This document shows positions 9,201 through 18,633 of a stretch of 64,000 nt of DNA, piece after piece; within the stretch, counting starts at the first letter, position 1, and each line of letters begins with the position of its first letter. This DNA is from a virus (lineage: Duplodnaviria > Caudoviricetes). The position numbers and the translations under genes were made by a program. Where the stretch lies: positions 1-64,000 of the IMG/VR virus record IMGVR_UViG_3300011989_000007; one strand, written 5' to 3'. Below the pieces are notes generated by a model, which ran no database searches, had not been told where the DNA came from, and worked only from the letters and a program-made list of their open reading frames with translations.

Positions 9201-9779
9201 GACCAAGATAACAATCAGTACATCTACTTACCTCCTACAAAGGACGTTGTAAGAAACTTTGCTCAGACTGACAATACAACTTATCCTTGGTTTGCTCCAG
9301 CAGGTCTTGAACGTGGTGATGTTAATTGTGTGAGAGCACACTTCATTACTAAATTAGCTGATGAGGACACACTTTATGAAGGTCGTATAAACCCAGTTAA
9401 GACATTCGCAACTGATGGTGTTAAGATTTGGGGTCAGAAGAACTTACAAGTTAAGGAGTCTCAACTCAATCGTATCGCAGTTCGTAGATTGTTGCTTCGT
9501 ATGAGAAAGCTCATTGCAATCGCTTGCAGAAGCCTTATTTTCGAACCAAACGATTCAGTAACAAAGAATACCTTCTTATCTACTGTAACTCCTATTATGG
9601 ACAATATCAGAGCAAATAGAGGTATTTCTGATTACAAGATTGAGGTTAATGATACAGTTGAATCAAGAGAAAGAAGGGAACTTCCTGCTAAGATTTACTT
9701 CAAGCCATACAATGCATTGGAGTATGTCGTACTTGACTTCATTTTGACTCCTGAGGGTGTTTCATTCGATAACATTTGA
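6258..9779 (+). CDS. Tail sheath protein with large internal insertions
   Basis: SPGVYSREIDLT start; PWFAPAGLERG, RINPV, WGQK, RIAVRRLL, FEPND in the C-terminal domain. Confidence 0.95.
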   Translation: MADNARGVHVSPGVYSREIDLTYAVKSLGITTLGLAGETQKGPAFQPMAISNWREFVSTFGGTNPEKFKGSQYPKYELPYIAKSYLTQSNQLEVVRALGLSGYNAGPAWLITADMVGDANKDVDGDQKKMVVAVLRSRGDYLKYRKFDPSTGTCACPTDEYDTLVYRVGEVTKTASECGNPVQYNKFALELDYYTPLYSTGNDCEGYEFGKETQETQSFSISASNLGRFKIKGITGIHNLGTGYKDLNNTGSSGCCFEYAVSLNPYDKDYIIKVLGTDPSDGDAPIYVEALYDVALSQAIAEQADKETHASGITRELSFYQVYSPADYCGLEPVASLLTIPEGNLSRRNVGQRYLADAHAATSGEFKTDVAITFHPYDYATKEPITSAYTADTSDIDSENYDENGFMIGNVKAGHIYTVSQYTDGNGRRHYYYRAYTEASIKKYVDDYKKKHSGGTINTVTLYDTLRYIGKSKFMKDEAVFTGSTTSGKGEVEGVTMEFMSGMTSGNSKTYTDANVGQTLVKNLSDGLYYRMSDSNETGVTFVTCDLNNYKSAYRYASTPWIVSNLMGDYDHIELKKLFRFHTISDGKCANHEVKVSIENIRPDDGVFDVVVRDINDTDEYQVPLEKYSRCNLVPGTNNYIAYKIGSYDGMYESKSKYITVECKEGDVIESAIPAGFLGYPSTQYGGYPVVDDAQTGVTSPWIRYNTLYDNDVKNRKQYFGLSTRVGVDLDMFEFKGNASYIDSPQMLSHGFHLDSRLDIDTKENPNYKPSITVDGEFGYKFDAVSRNNRTTTLTDAPIIGTEEAMTGTIYEYDNLRKFTVYFYGGFDGWDEFRTSRTNTDDFKASKYLGTYDNNSGEGYSFNRIDDPESLGLNQNGITSDWYAYLAAIRQFANPEAVDINVFATPGIDYVNNKTLVEEAIEMIEEERADSIYVVTTPDKPMGAGDFVDEMYTPDDAVYNLEDSELDSNYTCTYYPWVKYLDQDNNQYIYLPPTKDVVRNFAQTDNTTYPWFAPAGLERGDVNCVRAHFITKLADEDTLYEGRINPVKTFATDGVKIWGQKNLQVKESQLNRIAVRRLLLRMRKLIAIACRSLIFEPNDSVTKNTFLSTVTPIMDNIRANRGISDYKIEVNDTVESRERRELPAKIYFKPYNALEYVVLDFILTPEGVSFDNI

Positions 9780-9805
9780 TGAATTGAAATTAATTAAATA
9801 ATAAT

Positions 9806-9838
9806 AAAGAGAGTTCTTTCATAGGACTCTCTTTTTTT
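9806..9838 (+). terminator. Rho-independent terminator
   Basis: aaagagagttct...aggactctcttttttt. Confidence 0.75.
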
Positions 9839-9876
9839 GTTGAGATAATATTTATATATAAAACATAAAATTTAAC

Positions 9877-10263
9877 ATGAAAAATCAATTTAGCTATTTA
9901 AATAATCTTATTAACGATTTGAATAAGACATCAAAGTATCTTACTGAAGACTATATCTTTAATGAAGGTGGTGATGAAATGCTACAAGAAGACCCTACTA
10001 TGGGTCATGATTTTGGCGATGGAATGCCACAAGGTTCTCGTCCTCAGATGCAACAGGGTGGAGATGACAATGCTGAGCAGAAAGCAATGCATGCCCACGA
10101 GGTTATTCAGCACGAACCTATTATCCAAAAAATCAGAGAAACCGCCATTGATGGCTTGAAGAAGTATGCAGAAGACCCTACATCATCAATTTATGAGTTC
10201 TTCAAGAAGGTATTCTTGGAGTCGGATAAGGTTCTTACTGATGATGGTTCAAATTCTAAGTAA
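9877..10263 (+). CDS. Hypothetical late protein (possible internal head protein)
   Basis: 128 aa, low-complexity middle, LTE/FNE motifs; TATTTAT upstream. Confidence 0.65.
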   Translation: MKNQFSYLNNLINDLNKTSKYLTEDYIFNEGGDEMLQEDPTMGHDFGDGMPQGSRPQMQQGGDDNAEQKAMHAHEVIQHEPIIQKIRETAIDGLKKYAEDPTSSIYEFFKKVFLESDKVLTDDGSNSK

Positions 10264-10438
10264 AACAAATCATAAAAAATCAATATTTGAAAACATGTAA
10301 TATATAATATAATATTATTAATATATTTATTTAATTTAATATAGCAAATATATATAAAATATTTTTAATATAAAAAAATATTATTAATAATATTTATATA
10401 AAAATAAGATAATTATATAATTTAAAATATTTGAACAT

Positions 10439-10927
10439 ATGTCAGATTTACTTTTGAAGATGCCGCTCAATTATGAGCCTTTGAGAAAAAATAGATGGCT
10501 ATTTAGATTCCCAGCAGACTTGGGCATTCAAGAGTGGTGGCTTTCAAGTGCATCACGTCCATCTATTACACAAGATGAAACCCCAATTCCATTCTTGAAT
10601 ACTTCAACTTACGTTGTTGGTAGATATACATGGGAAACAATTCAGGTTACACTTCGTGACCCAATTGGTCCTTCTGCTTCACAGGCAATTATGGAGTGGG
10701 TACGTTTGCACTCAGAATCTGTAACAGGTCGTCAAGGTTATGCCGCAGGTTATAAGAGAGATGTTGAGCTTGAGATGCTTGACCCAACAGGTGTGGTTGT
10801 TAGTAAGTGGATTCTTAAAAACACGATGCTTACAAATGTAAACTTCGGTGATTTGGATTACTCTTCAAGTGACCTTGCAACAATCCAAGCAACACTTCGT
10901 TTTGACTACGCAATATTGGCGTATTAA
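10439..10927 (+). CDS. Tail tube protein (T4 gp19-like)
   Basis: YEPLRKNRWLFRF...ASRPS...GRYTWETIQVTLRD...FGDLDY...LRFDYA; near the sheath gene. Confidence 0.9.
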   Translation: MSDLLLKMPLNYEPLRKNRWLFRFPADLGIQEWWLSSASRPSITQDETPIPFLNTSTYVVGRYTWETIQVTLRDPIGPSASQAIMEWVRLHSESVTGRQGYAAGYKRDVELEMLDPTGVVVSKWILKNTMLTNVNFGDLDYSSSDLATIQATLRFDYAILAY

Positions 10928-10948
10928 TTTGAAATTTCGACAATAGTG

Positions 10949-10982
10949 AAGGGCAAAAGAATTTCTCTTTTGCTCTTTTTTT
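10949..10982 (+). terminator. Rho-independent terminator
   Basis: aagggcaaaaga...tcttttgctctttttt. Confidence 0.7.
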
Positions 10983-11049
10983 GTGCTTTTATATATAAAG
11001 ATTATATTGATTTTTTCAATATAATTTTTATTTTTTATATAAAAATTAT

Positions 11050-11829
11050 ATGAAAGTTGACTTGTATACTCTATGTTGGAATGAAATAAAAATCATACCT
11101 TTTGTTATTGATTATTGGAAGAACATCAAAGAACAAGTAGACGAATTTCACGTTTATGTATATGATAATGGTTCTGATGATGGAAGCATTGAAGAACTTA
11201 GAAAGTATGATTGGATTACTGTAATGCATTTCGAAAGCGATGGATTCAATGACTTGATTAATAGATATATCAAAAACAACGTATGGAAGCAGAGCAGAGG
11301 AAAGGCAGATTACGTTATTGTTTGTGATTTAGATGAATGTTTATATTGTAATAATTTCAAAGGCTTCTTTAAGAAATTAAAAGATGGAAAATATACTATT
11401 TGCTTACCTGTATGGTTAGAAATGTATGATGAAAAGTTTCCAACTAAGAATGATGAATTACTGCATAAGCAAGTCACAAAATGTTATGTTAAAACTTTAC
11501 ACCCTGACAAAAACTTACCTGAATCAAAGGCTATTTTGTTTGACCCAAACGAAATCAATGAAATAAATTACATAGTTGGTGCTCATATTTCGCACCCACA
11601 AGGTAATGTTAAGTGGTATGAAAATGATGACTTATTCATTTTACACTACAAGCATCTTTCATTAGATTATGTGATATGGAGATATGGAATTTGTAATAAG
11701 AGGTTGTCTGAATTAAACAAACAAAACGGATGGGGATTTCATTACGCTTTTAAAAAGGAAAAATTGAAAAAAGATTTCAATGATGAACTCGCTAAATGTG
11801 TTAATATAAGTGATTTACTAAAAAAATAA
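11050..11829 (+). CDS. Glycosyltransferase family 2 (GT-A fold)
   Basis: WNE, YDNGSDDGS, DxD motif (CDLDE), ILHYK. Confidence 0.85.
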   Translation: MKVDLYTLCWNEIKIIPFVIDYWKNIKEQVDEFHVYVYDNGSDDGSIEELRKYDWITVMHFESDGFNDLINRYIKNNVWKQSRGKADYVIVCDLDECLYCNNFKGFFKKLKDGKYTICLPVWLEMYDEKFPTKNDELLHKQVTKCYVKTLHPDKNLPESKAILFDPNEINEINYIVGAHISHPQGNVKWYENDDLFILHYKHLSLDYVIWRYGICNKRLSELNKQNGWGFHYAFKKEKLKKDFNDELAKCVNISDLLKK

Positions 11830-11833
11830 TATT

Positions 11834-12199
11834 ATGAATTCAAAAAAGTACGATAGAGAACTTGAACTTGAAATGAAGAAAAGTTCATTGGAAATGTATT
11901 TGAATACTCTTGATGAGATGATTAGTAAGAATAGCCCTCAGATTTCAATTGAGTTGATTCAGAATGAGATAAAGGCACTTAGAAAGGAAATTAAGGAACT
12001 TAATGAGTGTCATTATAAATCAGAAGCCTCCTATAAAGCTTTCATTTCGTATTTAAAGAATCGCAAGAAAAAGTCTAAAGAATCTAAAAGGGTAGAAAAA
12101 TCTTTGTTCGATTCGATAAAGAAGTACGAAAATGATTCTGAAGCATTGCTTAAAAATTGGAAACTACTCTTGGCAAATTCACATGAAACAAGCAATTAA
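11834..12199 (+). CDS. Hypothetical coiled-coil protein
   Basis: 121-aa ORF in an operon. Confidence 0.65.
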   Translation: MNSKKYDRELELEMKKSSLEMYLNTLDEMISKNSPQISIELIQNEIKALRKEIKELNECHYKSEASYKAFISYLKNRKKKSKESKRVEKSLFDSIKKYENDSEALLKNWKLLLANSHETSN

Positions 12200-12713
12200 G
12201 AAAAATAGGAAGAATGCTAATAAGGCAATAACCAAGAAAAGGAAGAAAATGCAAAGGGATGCTCGTGGAAAGGCCATTCGTGAACATTCAAAGTTTGGTA
12301 CAAGTAAACTTGAACAAGACTTTGCACGAGATTTCCTTGATAAAATGAAAGTTAATTACATTTGGCAGTTTGAAGCCAAAGATATTGGCCGTTTTTACGA
12401 TTTTTATTTACCTGATAGCAATATACTCATTGAGGTCGATGGAGATTATTGGCATGTTAATCCTAAAAAGTACGATGCTAATGATAGAGATTCACTAACA
12501 CCAACCCAAAAAAAAGATATGAGGGTCGATGAGCTTAAAAATAAATGGGCATTGCTACATGGAATACCAATTTATAGAATTTGGGAGGATGATATACGAC
12601 ATAAACCTGAAAAAGTACTCAAAGAACTTAAAGAAACTGTTAAAAATTATAAAAAAGAGCAGGTTTTAACGGAAAAAAAGAATAAAAGACATAATAATAA
12701 GCTAAAGAAATGA
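12183..12713 (+). CDS. DUF559/Vsr-like PD-(D/E)XK endonuclease
   Basis: YDFYLP...IEVDGDYWH...D..K...IYRIWE; start set to ATG 12183. Confidence 0.8.
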   Translation: MKQAIKKNRKNANKAITKKRKKMQRDARGKAIREHSKFGTSKLEQDFARDFLDKMKVNYIWQFEAKDIGRFYDFYLPDSNILIEVDGDYWHVNPKKYDANDRDSLTPTQKKDMRVDELKNKWALLHGIPIYRIWEDDIRHKPEKVLKELKETVKNYKKEQVLTEKKNKRHNNKLKK

Positions 12714-13336
12714 AAGTTACGTTATATTTGCCTTATTATGACTATAATGATGGAGATTTTGATGTAAAAAACGACTATTATAAGAGTAATGAGGACTATT
12801 TTAATGCAATGCAACAAAATGTTCAGCAGACAAGGGGTGCAGTGATTAATAGTATGTCTAATTATGTGAATGGAGGCTCTATTAGGGACTATCAAACATC
12901 AGATGGACAAACTTATAGATTCGGTCAGCAAACGTCTCAGAACGAAGACAAGGTGGCTTATGCGAAATGTGAGGCTATTTTGTATAATGAAGAGGGAAAA
13001 GATGAAAAAGTTGATGAATTTATAGCGGATTATGTTTCAAATGACGTTCAACTTTACATTTTGAACTTAGATTTGGATTCTTCTGAAGAAGATTTTGAGC
13101 AGGAGATTAATTTGTGGACAACTGAACATAATAACATCCAAAAGTATTCTCATATTAAGGGTGATGATTGGGTACTTGACAATGAGCCTAAGAGAAATAT
13201 CAAACTTAAGTTTACAAATAACGCAAAAGAAGAAAAATTCGCTGAATTAGTTAATTGTAAGATTATGGAAAAGCAGGGAATGAATATTTATGTTGTGTTA
13301 GCAGAAGAAATAAAACTAATTGAAAAAATACAATAA
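12710..13336 (+). CDS. Hypothetical protein
   Basis: 208-aa ORF; ATGA overlap with the previous gene. Confidence 0.75.
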   Translation: MKVTLYLPYYDYNDGDFDVKNDYYKSNEDYFNAMQQNVQQTRGAVINSMSNYVNGGSIRDYQTSDGQTYRFGQQTSQNEDKVAYAKCEAILYNEEGKDEKVDEFIADYVSNDVQLYILNLDLDSSEEDFEQEINLWTTEHNNIQKYSHIKGDDWVLDNEPKRNIKLKFTNNAKEEKFAELVNCKIMEKQGMNIYVVLAEEIKLIEKIQ

Positions 13337-13342
13337 AAAATT

Positions 13343-14605
13343 ATGCCAAGACGTAAGTTGTCTGAGGAAGACGAGAAAAATATAAAATTATTACAGGCTC
13401 AGAACGAGATGTATGAACGTACCAAGGAGGAAATTAAACTTCGTGGAACTAAAGAAGCGATGAGAAGAACTGAAGAGGCACAAAAGGATGGCTACAAGCA
13501 GATGGAAGAGATTCTTGGTCCAAATGCTGAACAGTATATCAATCAGGCTTCAGAAGATAATGTTAGTGATACAAGTGATGATATTTTCACTATTCTCGAA
13601 GAGCACGCAAAGGAGGAAAAATCAAATGAAATTGCAGAACCAACACAAATGGAGACAAAAACTGTAGTTGAAGACGAAATTAAGCCTAATGTGTCTGAAA
13701 TAGCATATGATAATTCAAATAATAACGAGGCTTACGATATTATCCCTCTTCCAAGTAATGGAGAGTGCTATAGGAGTAAGATTGGCCGTTTACCTGTTGC
13801 TTATTTGACTGCATATGACGAGAATTTGATTACTTCACCTAATCTTTATAGGGATGGTTTAGTAATTGACCTTTTGTTAAAGAATAAAATTAAGGACAAG
13901 AGCATTAATATTGATAATTTGGTAAGCGGTGACGTAGATGCTATTGTTCTCTTCTTGAGAGCGACAAGTTATGGAACTGACTTCCCAATTTCAGTTACAG
14001 ACCCTAAGACAGGTCAGAATATTGAGACCGTTGTTGATTTGTCAACAATTAAGACAAAGGAATTCAAATTGAAGGGTGATGAGAATGGTCATTTTGACTA
14101 TAAGTTACCAAAATCAGGTAAGTTGGTTAAGTTTAAGTATTTAACACGAAAAGAGGAGAAAGATTTGAGGACTTTGAATGAGCTTGAAAATAAAGCACTT
14201 GTTGCAAGTCAGTTGAAGGCGATTACAAAGTCAATTCAGGATGCTTTGAGGTCTGACGATGTTCTTGATGGCAAAGAGAAGCAATTGATTTTCGATAATA
14301 ACAAGAGAATTGAAGATTGGGCTAATAGGATTGAAAAGAAGAAGAGAGTTCAGTTTAATAAGGCTATTACCAACAGAATGGAGATGCAGATTGTATCAAT
14401 TGATGGTGAAACCGATAGAAAGAAAATCAAGGAACTTATCAATAGTATGCCTGCTAACGATTCTTTGCATTTGAGACGTTACATTCTTGATAATGAACCA
14501 GGTCTTGATTTCAAGATTAAGATTGAGCGTCCTGAGTCAATGGGAGGTGGCTCATTCGATACCTTTCTTGAGTGGGACGATACTATTTTCCTCAATATCG
14601 CCTGA
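13343..14605 (+). CDS. Baseplate hub assembly / tail chaperone (T4 gp26-like)
   Basis: IPLPSNGECY...YLTAYDENLI...GDVDAIVLFLRATSYG...LPKSGKLVKFKYLT; upstream of the tape measure gene. Confidence 0.75.
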   Translation: MPRRKLSEEDEKNIKLLQAQNEMYERTKEEIKLRGTKEAMRRTEEAQKDGYKQMEEILGPNAEQYINQASEDNVSDTSDDIFTILEEHAKEEKSNEIAEPTQMETKTVVEDEIKPNVSEIAYDNSNNNEAYDIIPLPSNGECYRSKIGRLPVAYLTAYDENLITSPNLYRDGLVIDLLLKNKIKDKSINIDNLVSGDVDAIVLFLRATSYGTDFPISVTDPKTGQNIETVVDLSTIKTKEFKLKGDENGHFDYKLPKSGKLVKFKYLTRKEEKDLRTLNELENKALVASQLKAITKSIQDALRSDDVLDGKEKQLIFDNNKRIEDWANRIEKKKRVQFNKAITNRMEMQIVSIDGETDRKKIKELINSMPANDSLHLRRYILDNEPGLDFKIKIERPESMGGGSFDTFLEWDDTIFLNIA

Positions 14606-14846
14606 TTATGCACAAAACCTTCTTGATGAACTTTGGGGATGTTTTAAAAATATGAAAATACCTTTTGACGAATTAAAGTCAATGCCTACGAAAGATAGAA
14701 AATATTTCATTCAAAAACATAATGCTGAAGTTGATGCCGAGAATGCAGAATATGCTAGGAGGGAACGTGGCGGAAATAGTACTGATGTTATTGACAAATA
14801 TACTGATATTGAGCAGCAAAATTTGCGTAATGCAGAAAACCGATAA
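14586..14846 (+). CDS. gp51-like / tail chaperone second ORF (possibly reached by frameshift, or starting at ATG 14652)
   Basis: +1 frame reads PDYAQNLLDELWGCFKNMKIPFDELKSMPTKDRKYFI. Confidence 0.6.
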   Translation, partial: FSSISPDYAQNLLDELWGCFKNMKIPFDELKSMPTKDRKYFIQKHNAEVDAENAEYARRERGGNSTDVIDKYTDIEQQNLRNAENR

Positions 14847-14850
14847 TTTA

Positions 14851-14882
14851 ATGGAAGCTATTAATTTAGCTTCCATTTTTTT
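14851..14882 (+). terminator. Rho-independent terminator
   Basis: atggaagcta-ttaatt-tagcttccat + T-tract. Confidence 0.8.
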
Positions 14883-14950
14883 GTTTCAATTTTTTAATGT
14901 GTAGTATTTATTAGTAATAAAATTAACAATTTAAAGAATAAGAATATATT

Positions 14951-17900
14951 ATGCCTCAAGCAGTAGGTGCAATAGCACGAGGATTAGCGAAAATAGGACC
15001 ATTTTTAGCAAAAGGTGGTAAAGGTGCGGCCGAACTCAGTAAGGGTTTAGTCAGTGCTGCAACTAGTGCAGCCAAGTTTGGTGCTAATGTTACAAGTGCA
15101 GGTAGTAGTTTGTTTGATTTAATTGGCTACGTATCAACACTATCTAACAAGTGGTTGGAATTGCAAGATATCTCATTTAAGACTGCTCGTTCGATGGGTT
15201 TGAGTAGGCAAGAAGCCATGAAAATGGACCGCCAACTCATGCAAGAGATCAAAGAGTTTGGACGTGCATATGGTACAAGCGCTCAAGAGATAGCAGAATA
15301 TCAGAAGCAATATTCAGAAGCAACTGGTAGGAATATACAACTTACCAAGCAGCAGATGGAGCAAATGATTGCTCTTGGTAATATTACTGATAGCGCTACT
15401 GCATCAAAACTTGTTGATGAATTTGATACTTTAGGTGTTAATGTTGAAGACACCCTTGCTTATACAGGTCAATTACAAGAAAGAGCAAAATATCTTGGAT
15501 TGAATGCAACAAAGGCATCAAAGACTTTAGCTGAGAACATTAAGTTAGCTGCATCACATTCATTTAAGAATGGCGTTGATGATATTCAGAAAATGGTTCT
15601 GAAATCTCAGTCATTGAAAATGAATATGGACTCCATTATGACTGCGGCTGACAAGTTCAGTACTATTGAAGGTGCAATTAAGACTTCTGCTAACATTCAG
15701 ATGTTAGGAGGTAGTTTTGCCACTCAGTTTAGTAACCCAATGGGTGCTTTGTACGAGTCAATGGCAGATCCTGCTGCTTTCCAAGACCGATTGGTTAAAA
15801 CAATAGCTGGTAAGGGCACTTACGACAAAAAGACGAACCAAGTTCATTTTGACCCTGTAACAATGGCACAGATGAAGGAAATGTCAAATCAACTTGGTAT
15901 TAGTGTTGAAGAGCTTACAAAACCTGCTATGGCTATGGCGCAAAATGCCGCAGTCGATAAGGAACTTAGGGGTAATTGGAGTAAAGAACAAAAAGCAGCC
16001 ATAGAAGACCTTTCAAGGGCTAACTTTGATGAAAAGACAGGTAAACACTATGTAACATTACTTAACAAAGAAGGTAATACTCAAAAAGTAAATGTTGAGG
16101 ATTTAACTGAGGAACAATTAAAGCAAGCACAAGATAGCGCAATGACTCAAGATAAGATGTGGTCAGATGTACACGCTATCAAGGAGACCATTGTTAATGG
16201 TACAATGGGTCGTGCAAGGCAGAATCGTTCAGGACTTGAAAACCTTAAGGGCTATGGTGAATCAGTTAAAGGTTGGGGTGCTCAGATAGAAAACATTTTG
16301 ATGCCAACAGTTTCTGGTTTATTGAATGGTGGAAACGGACTATTTGGTAATTTGTTCTCTTGGATTGGTAAATTACCTTTCTTTGGTGGTAATACTAATT
16401 TTAGTGGTTCTATTTCAGGACCTGATATGGGAACTAACCATTTTGCTGAAGGTGGTGTCGTAGAACCAATACAACATGCAACTGACGGTGCAATTGTAGG
16501 AGGTGACAGTTATTATGGCGATAACGTGCCTATTATGGCCAATAGTGGAGAGGTTGTAATTAACAAGCAACAACAATCTGGCCTTATGAGCCTATTGTCA
16601 ATGATTGGCAAAGTAGGCATTGGCACTATCGGAGGAAACCTAATTGGTAAGAAATTAGGATTGGGCAACCTTGGAACTAAGGGTCTTGCAGTGTCAGCAC
16701 TTGGTGGTGGTGATTTGATGTCATCTATGATTCAGATGGCAGTTGCCAAAAAAATGGGTCCATTGGGCGCTATGATGGCTGGAATGAACCCGATTAGTGC
16801 TATGATGTTCAGCGGTAAAGGCAAAGGACTTTTTCAAAAAATGCTAAATCCTAAAGCATTTAATAACGTAAAGGATAGCAAAGAAAAACCAACTGCAAAG
16901 CCAAGTTCTATTTGGGATTATTTTGGCATTGATGCTAAGAAGGATTCAGCAGGTAGATGGAGGAATTCCAAAGGTAAATTCACAAAGTCTCCAATGAAAC
17001 AATTAATGCCTAAGACAACTGAGAATCTTAATAAGTTCAATGAATCATTACGTGAAACTGGCAGTAAGATTAAAGGTTTAGGCAGTAAGTTTGGAGGAAT
17101 TAGAGGTAAATTAGGTAAATTTGGTAGTATATTTTCTAAATTAGGCGCTAAAATAGGTGGTAAATTAGGATTTGTAACTAATGCTTTCGGTAAATTTGGT
17201 AATATTTTAAAACCTGTAACTGAATCAATAGGAAAGTTTGGCGCAAAGATAGGTGGCAAATTAAGTGGGTTTGGAAAGGTTGCTATACACAAGGGCAGAA
17301 ACATTGCCCTTGATGGTATGCTTAGAGCAGGTGAATTTAAAGATATATTAGCCAAATATGGCACTAAATTTTCTGATTATTTAAAGAATTCTAAGTTAGG
17401 CAAATTTGGCGGTAAAACTTTAGGAAAAATCAAAGGAATTGGTTCTTCTATAAAAGGTTTTGGTAGTGGACTTGCTTCTGACGCAAGTGGATTGATTACA
17501 AGAAGCAAGGCTATTGCTCGTCTAAATAGAATAAAAGGATTAAGTAAAGTAACTGAAAGTTTAGGTGCAGTATCTAAGAGTTCCAAATTATTAGGCGGAG
17601 CAAGTAAATTCCTTAAGTCAGGTGGTGGCAAACTTTTAGGAGGTATAGGTAAGAAATTACCAGGTTTAGGTGCTTTATTAAGTATTGGAACAGGAGTTGC
17701 TGATTTCATGGGTGCAACAAGTGATTATAATGCACGTGAAGAAGAGATAAAGAACTCAAACCTTTCAGAAGATGAAAAGAAAAGAGCAGTTGAAGAGAAC
17801 ACTGACGAAAAACGTGGCGCACAAGGAAAAGCAATAGGTAGTGCAGCAGGTGGAGCAGCAGGCGCTGCAATTGGAGGCGCTTTAGGTACTCTCATTCCAA

Positions 17901-18586
17901 TACCTGTGTTAGGTACTGCAATTGGTACTGCCGTTGGCGGATTCTTAGGCGAAAAGGTTGGCGGTGCAATTGGCAGTCTCGCTAAGCCTTTGAATAAGAT
18001 GGTAAGAGGCGTTGGCAACTTCTTATTTGGAGATGATTCTAAGAATAATGCTTCATTTAGTGATGAAGAGCTTTCAGACCCACAATTGGCTGCAAAGGCA
18101 GATGCTTCAACAATTAAGATTTATGAGTTGATGCTCAAGAAAGAAAATGGAGGTGTTGTAGGCAAAGCAGCTAATGCTATTGGTGATATTGCAAGTGCCC
18201 CATTGAAATTAGCGACAGGTGTGATTGGCGGTATTGGAGATGCTATTGGTGGATTAATGGGTAAACCTAAGAGTCCTGAAATTTCTTCTTTACCTGTAGT
18301 TGGCCAACGTCAATCAATTAGAGAACAAAAGTCTTCAACTTCTAATTATGGGCCTGCTAATATTGGTCCGCAAGATATTAACTTGAATGTTAGTGGTACT
18401 ATTAAGTTAGACTTAGGTGGAAGACAAACTGGTCTCGATGTTAATAAGTTGCTTGATAGCCCACAATTCAAGGCACAATTAGCAGATATTATTTCAAGAA
18501 GATTGAATGATATGGGTAATGGTGGCAAATATAATAAAGAAGGTAGAGCAGTTAACACGCAAAAGATGTTTAATGCCATCAAATAG
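14951..18586 (+). CDS. Tape measure protein
   Basis: 1211 aa, helical and Ala/Gly/Lys-rich; GGAAGAAIGG hydrophobic stretch; HFAEGG..NSGEVVIN motif; follows the chaperone genes. Confidence 0.85.
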   Translation: MPQAVGAIARGLAKIGPFLAKGGKGAAELSKGLVSAATSAAKFGANVTSAGSSLFDLIGYVSTLSNKWLELQDISFKTARSMGLSRQEAMKMDRQLMQEIKEFGRAYGTSAQEIAEYQKQYSEATGRNIQLTKQQMEQMIALGNITDSATASKLVDEFDTLGVNVEDTLAYTGQLQERAKYLGLNATKASKTLAENIKLAASHSFKNGVDDIQKMVLKSQSLKMNMDSIMTAADKFSTIEGAIKTSANIQMLGGSFATQFSNPMGALYESMADPAAFQDRLVKTIAGKGTYDKKTNQVHFDPVTMAQMKEMSNQLGISVEELTKPAMAMAQNAAVDKELRGNWSKEQKAAIEDLSRANFDEKTGKHYVTLLNKEGNTQKVNVEDLTEEQLKQAQDSAMTQDKMWSDVHAIKETIVNGTMGRARQNRSGLENLKGYGESVKGWGAQIENILMPTVSGLLNGGNGLFGNLFSWIGKLPFFGGNTNFSGSISGPDMGTNHFAEGGVVEPIQHATDGAIVGGDSYYGDNVPIMANSGEVVINKQQQSGLMSLLSMIGKVGIGTIGGNLIGKKLGLGNLGTKGLAVSALGGGDLMSSMIQMAVAKKMGPLGAMMAGMNPISAMMFSGKGKGLFQKMLNPKAFNNVKDSKEKPTAKPSSIWDYFGIDAKKDSAGRWRNSKGKFTKSPMKQLMPKTTENLNKFNESLRETGSKIKGLGSKFGGIRGKLGKFGSIFSKLGAKIGGKLGFVTNAFGKFGNILKPVTESIGKFGAKIGGKLSGFGKVAIHKGRNIALDGMLRAGEFKDILAKYGTKFSDYLKNSKLGKFGGKTLGKIKGIGSSIKGFGSGLASDASGLITRSKAIARLNRIKGLSKVTESLGAVSKSSKLLGGASKFLKSGGGKLLGGIGKKLPGLGALLSIGTGVADFMGATSDYNAREEEIKNSNLSEDEKKRAVEENTDEKRGAQGKAIGSAAGGAAGAAIGGALGTLIPIPVLGTAIGTAVGGFLGEKVGGAIGSLAKPLNKMVRGVGNFLFGDDSKNNASFSDEELSDPQLAAKADASTIKIYELMLKKENGGVVGKAANAIGDIASAPLKLATGVIGGIGDAIGGLMGKPKSPEISSLPVVGQRQSIREQKSSTSNYGPANIGPQDINLNVSGTIKLDLGGRQTGLDVNKLLDSPQFKAQLADIISRRLNDMGNGGKYNKEGRAVNTQKMFNAIK

Positions 18587-18633
18587 TAATTCTTTATAAA
18601 GAAAATTAAAAACGTATATTTTTTACATAAAAT

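Noticed and set aside
10264-10438. Extremely AT-rich intergenic stretch as an origin or ncRNA
   Set aside because: No iterons or stable structure seen; it is explained as the upstream region of the tube gene.
16918-18018. Three consecutive minus-strand Pro/Leu-rich ORFs
   Set aside because: Antisense shadows of the Gly/Lys-rich tape measure sequence; the other minus-strand ORFs likewise lie inside strong + genes.
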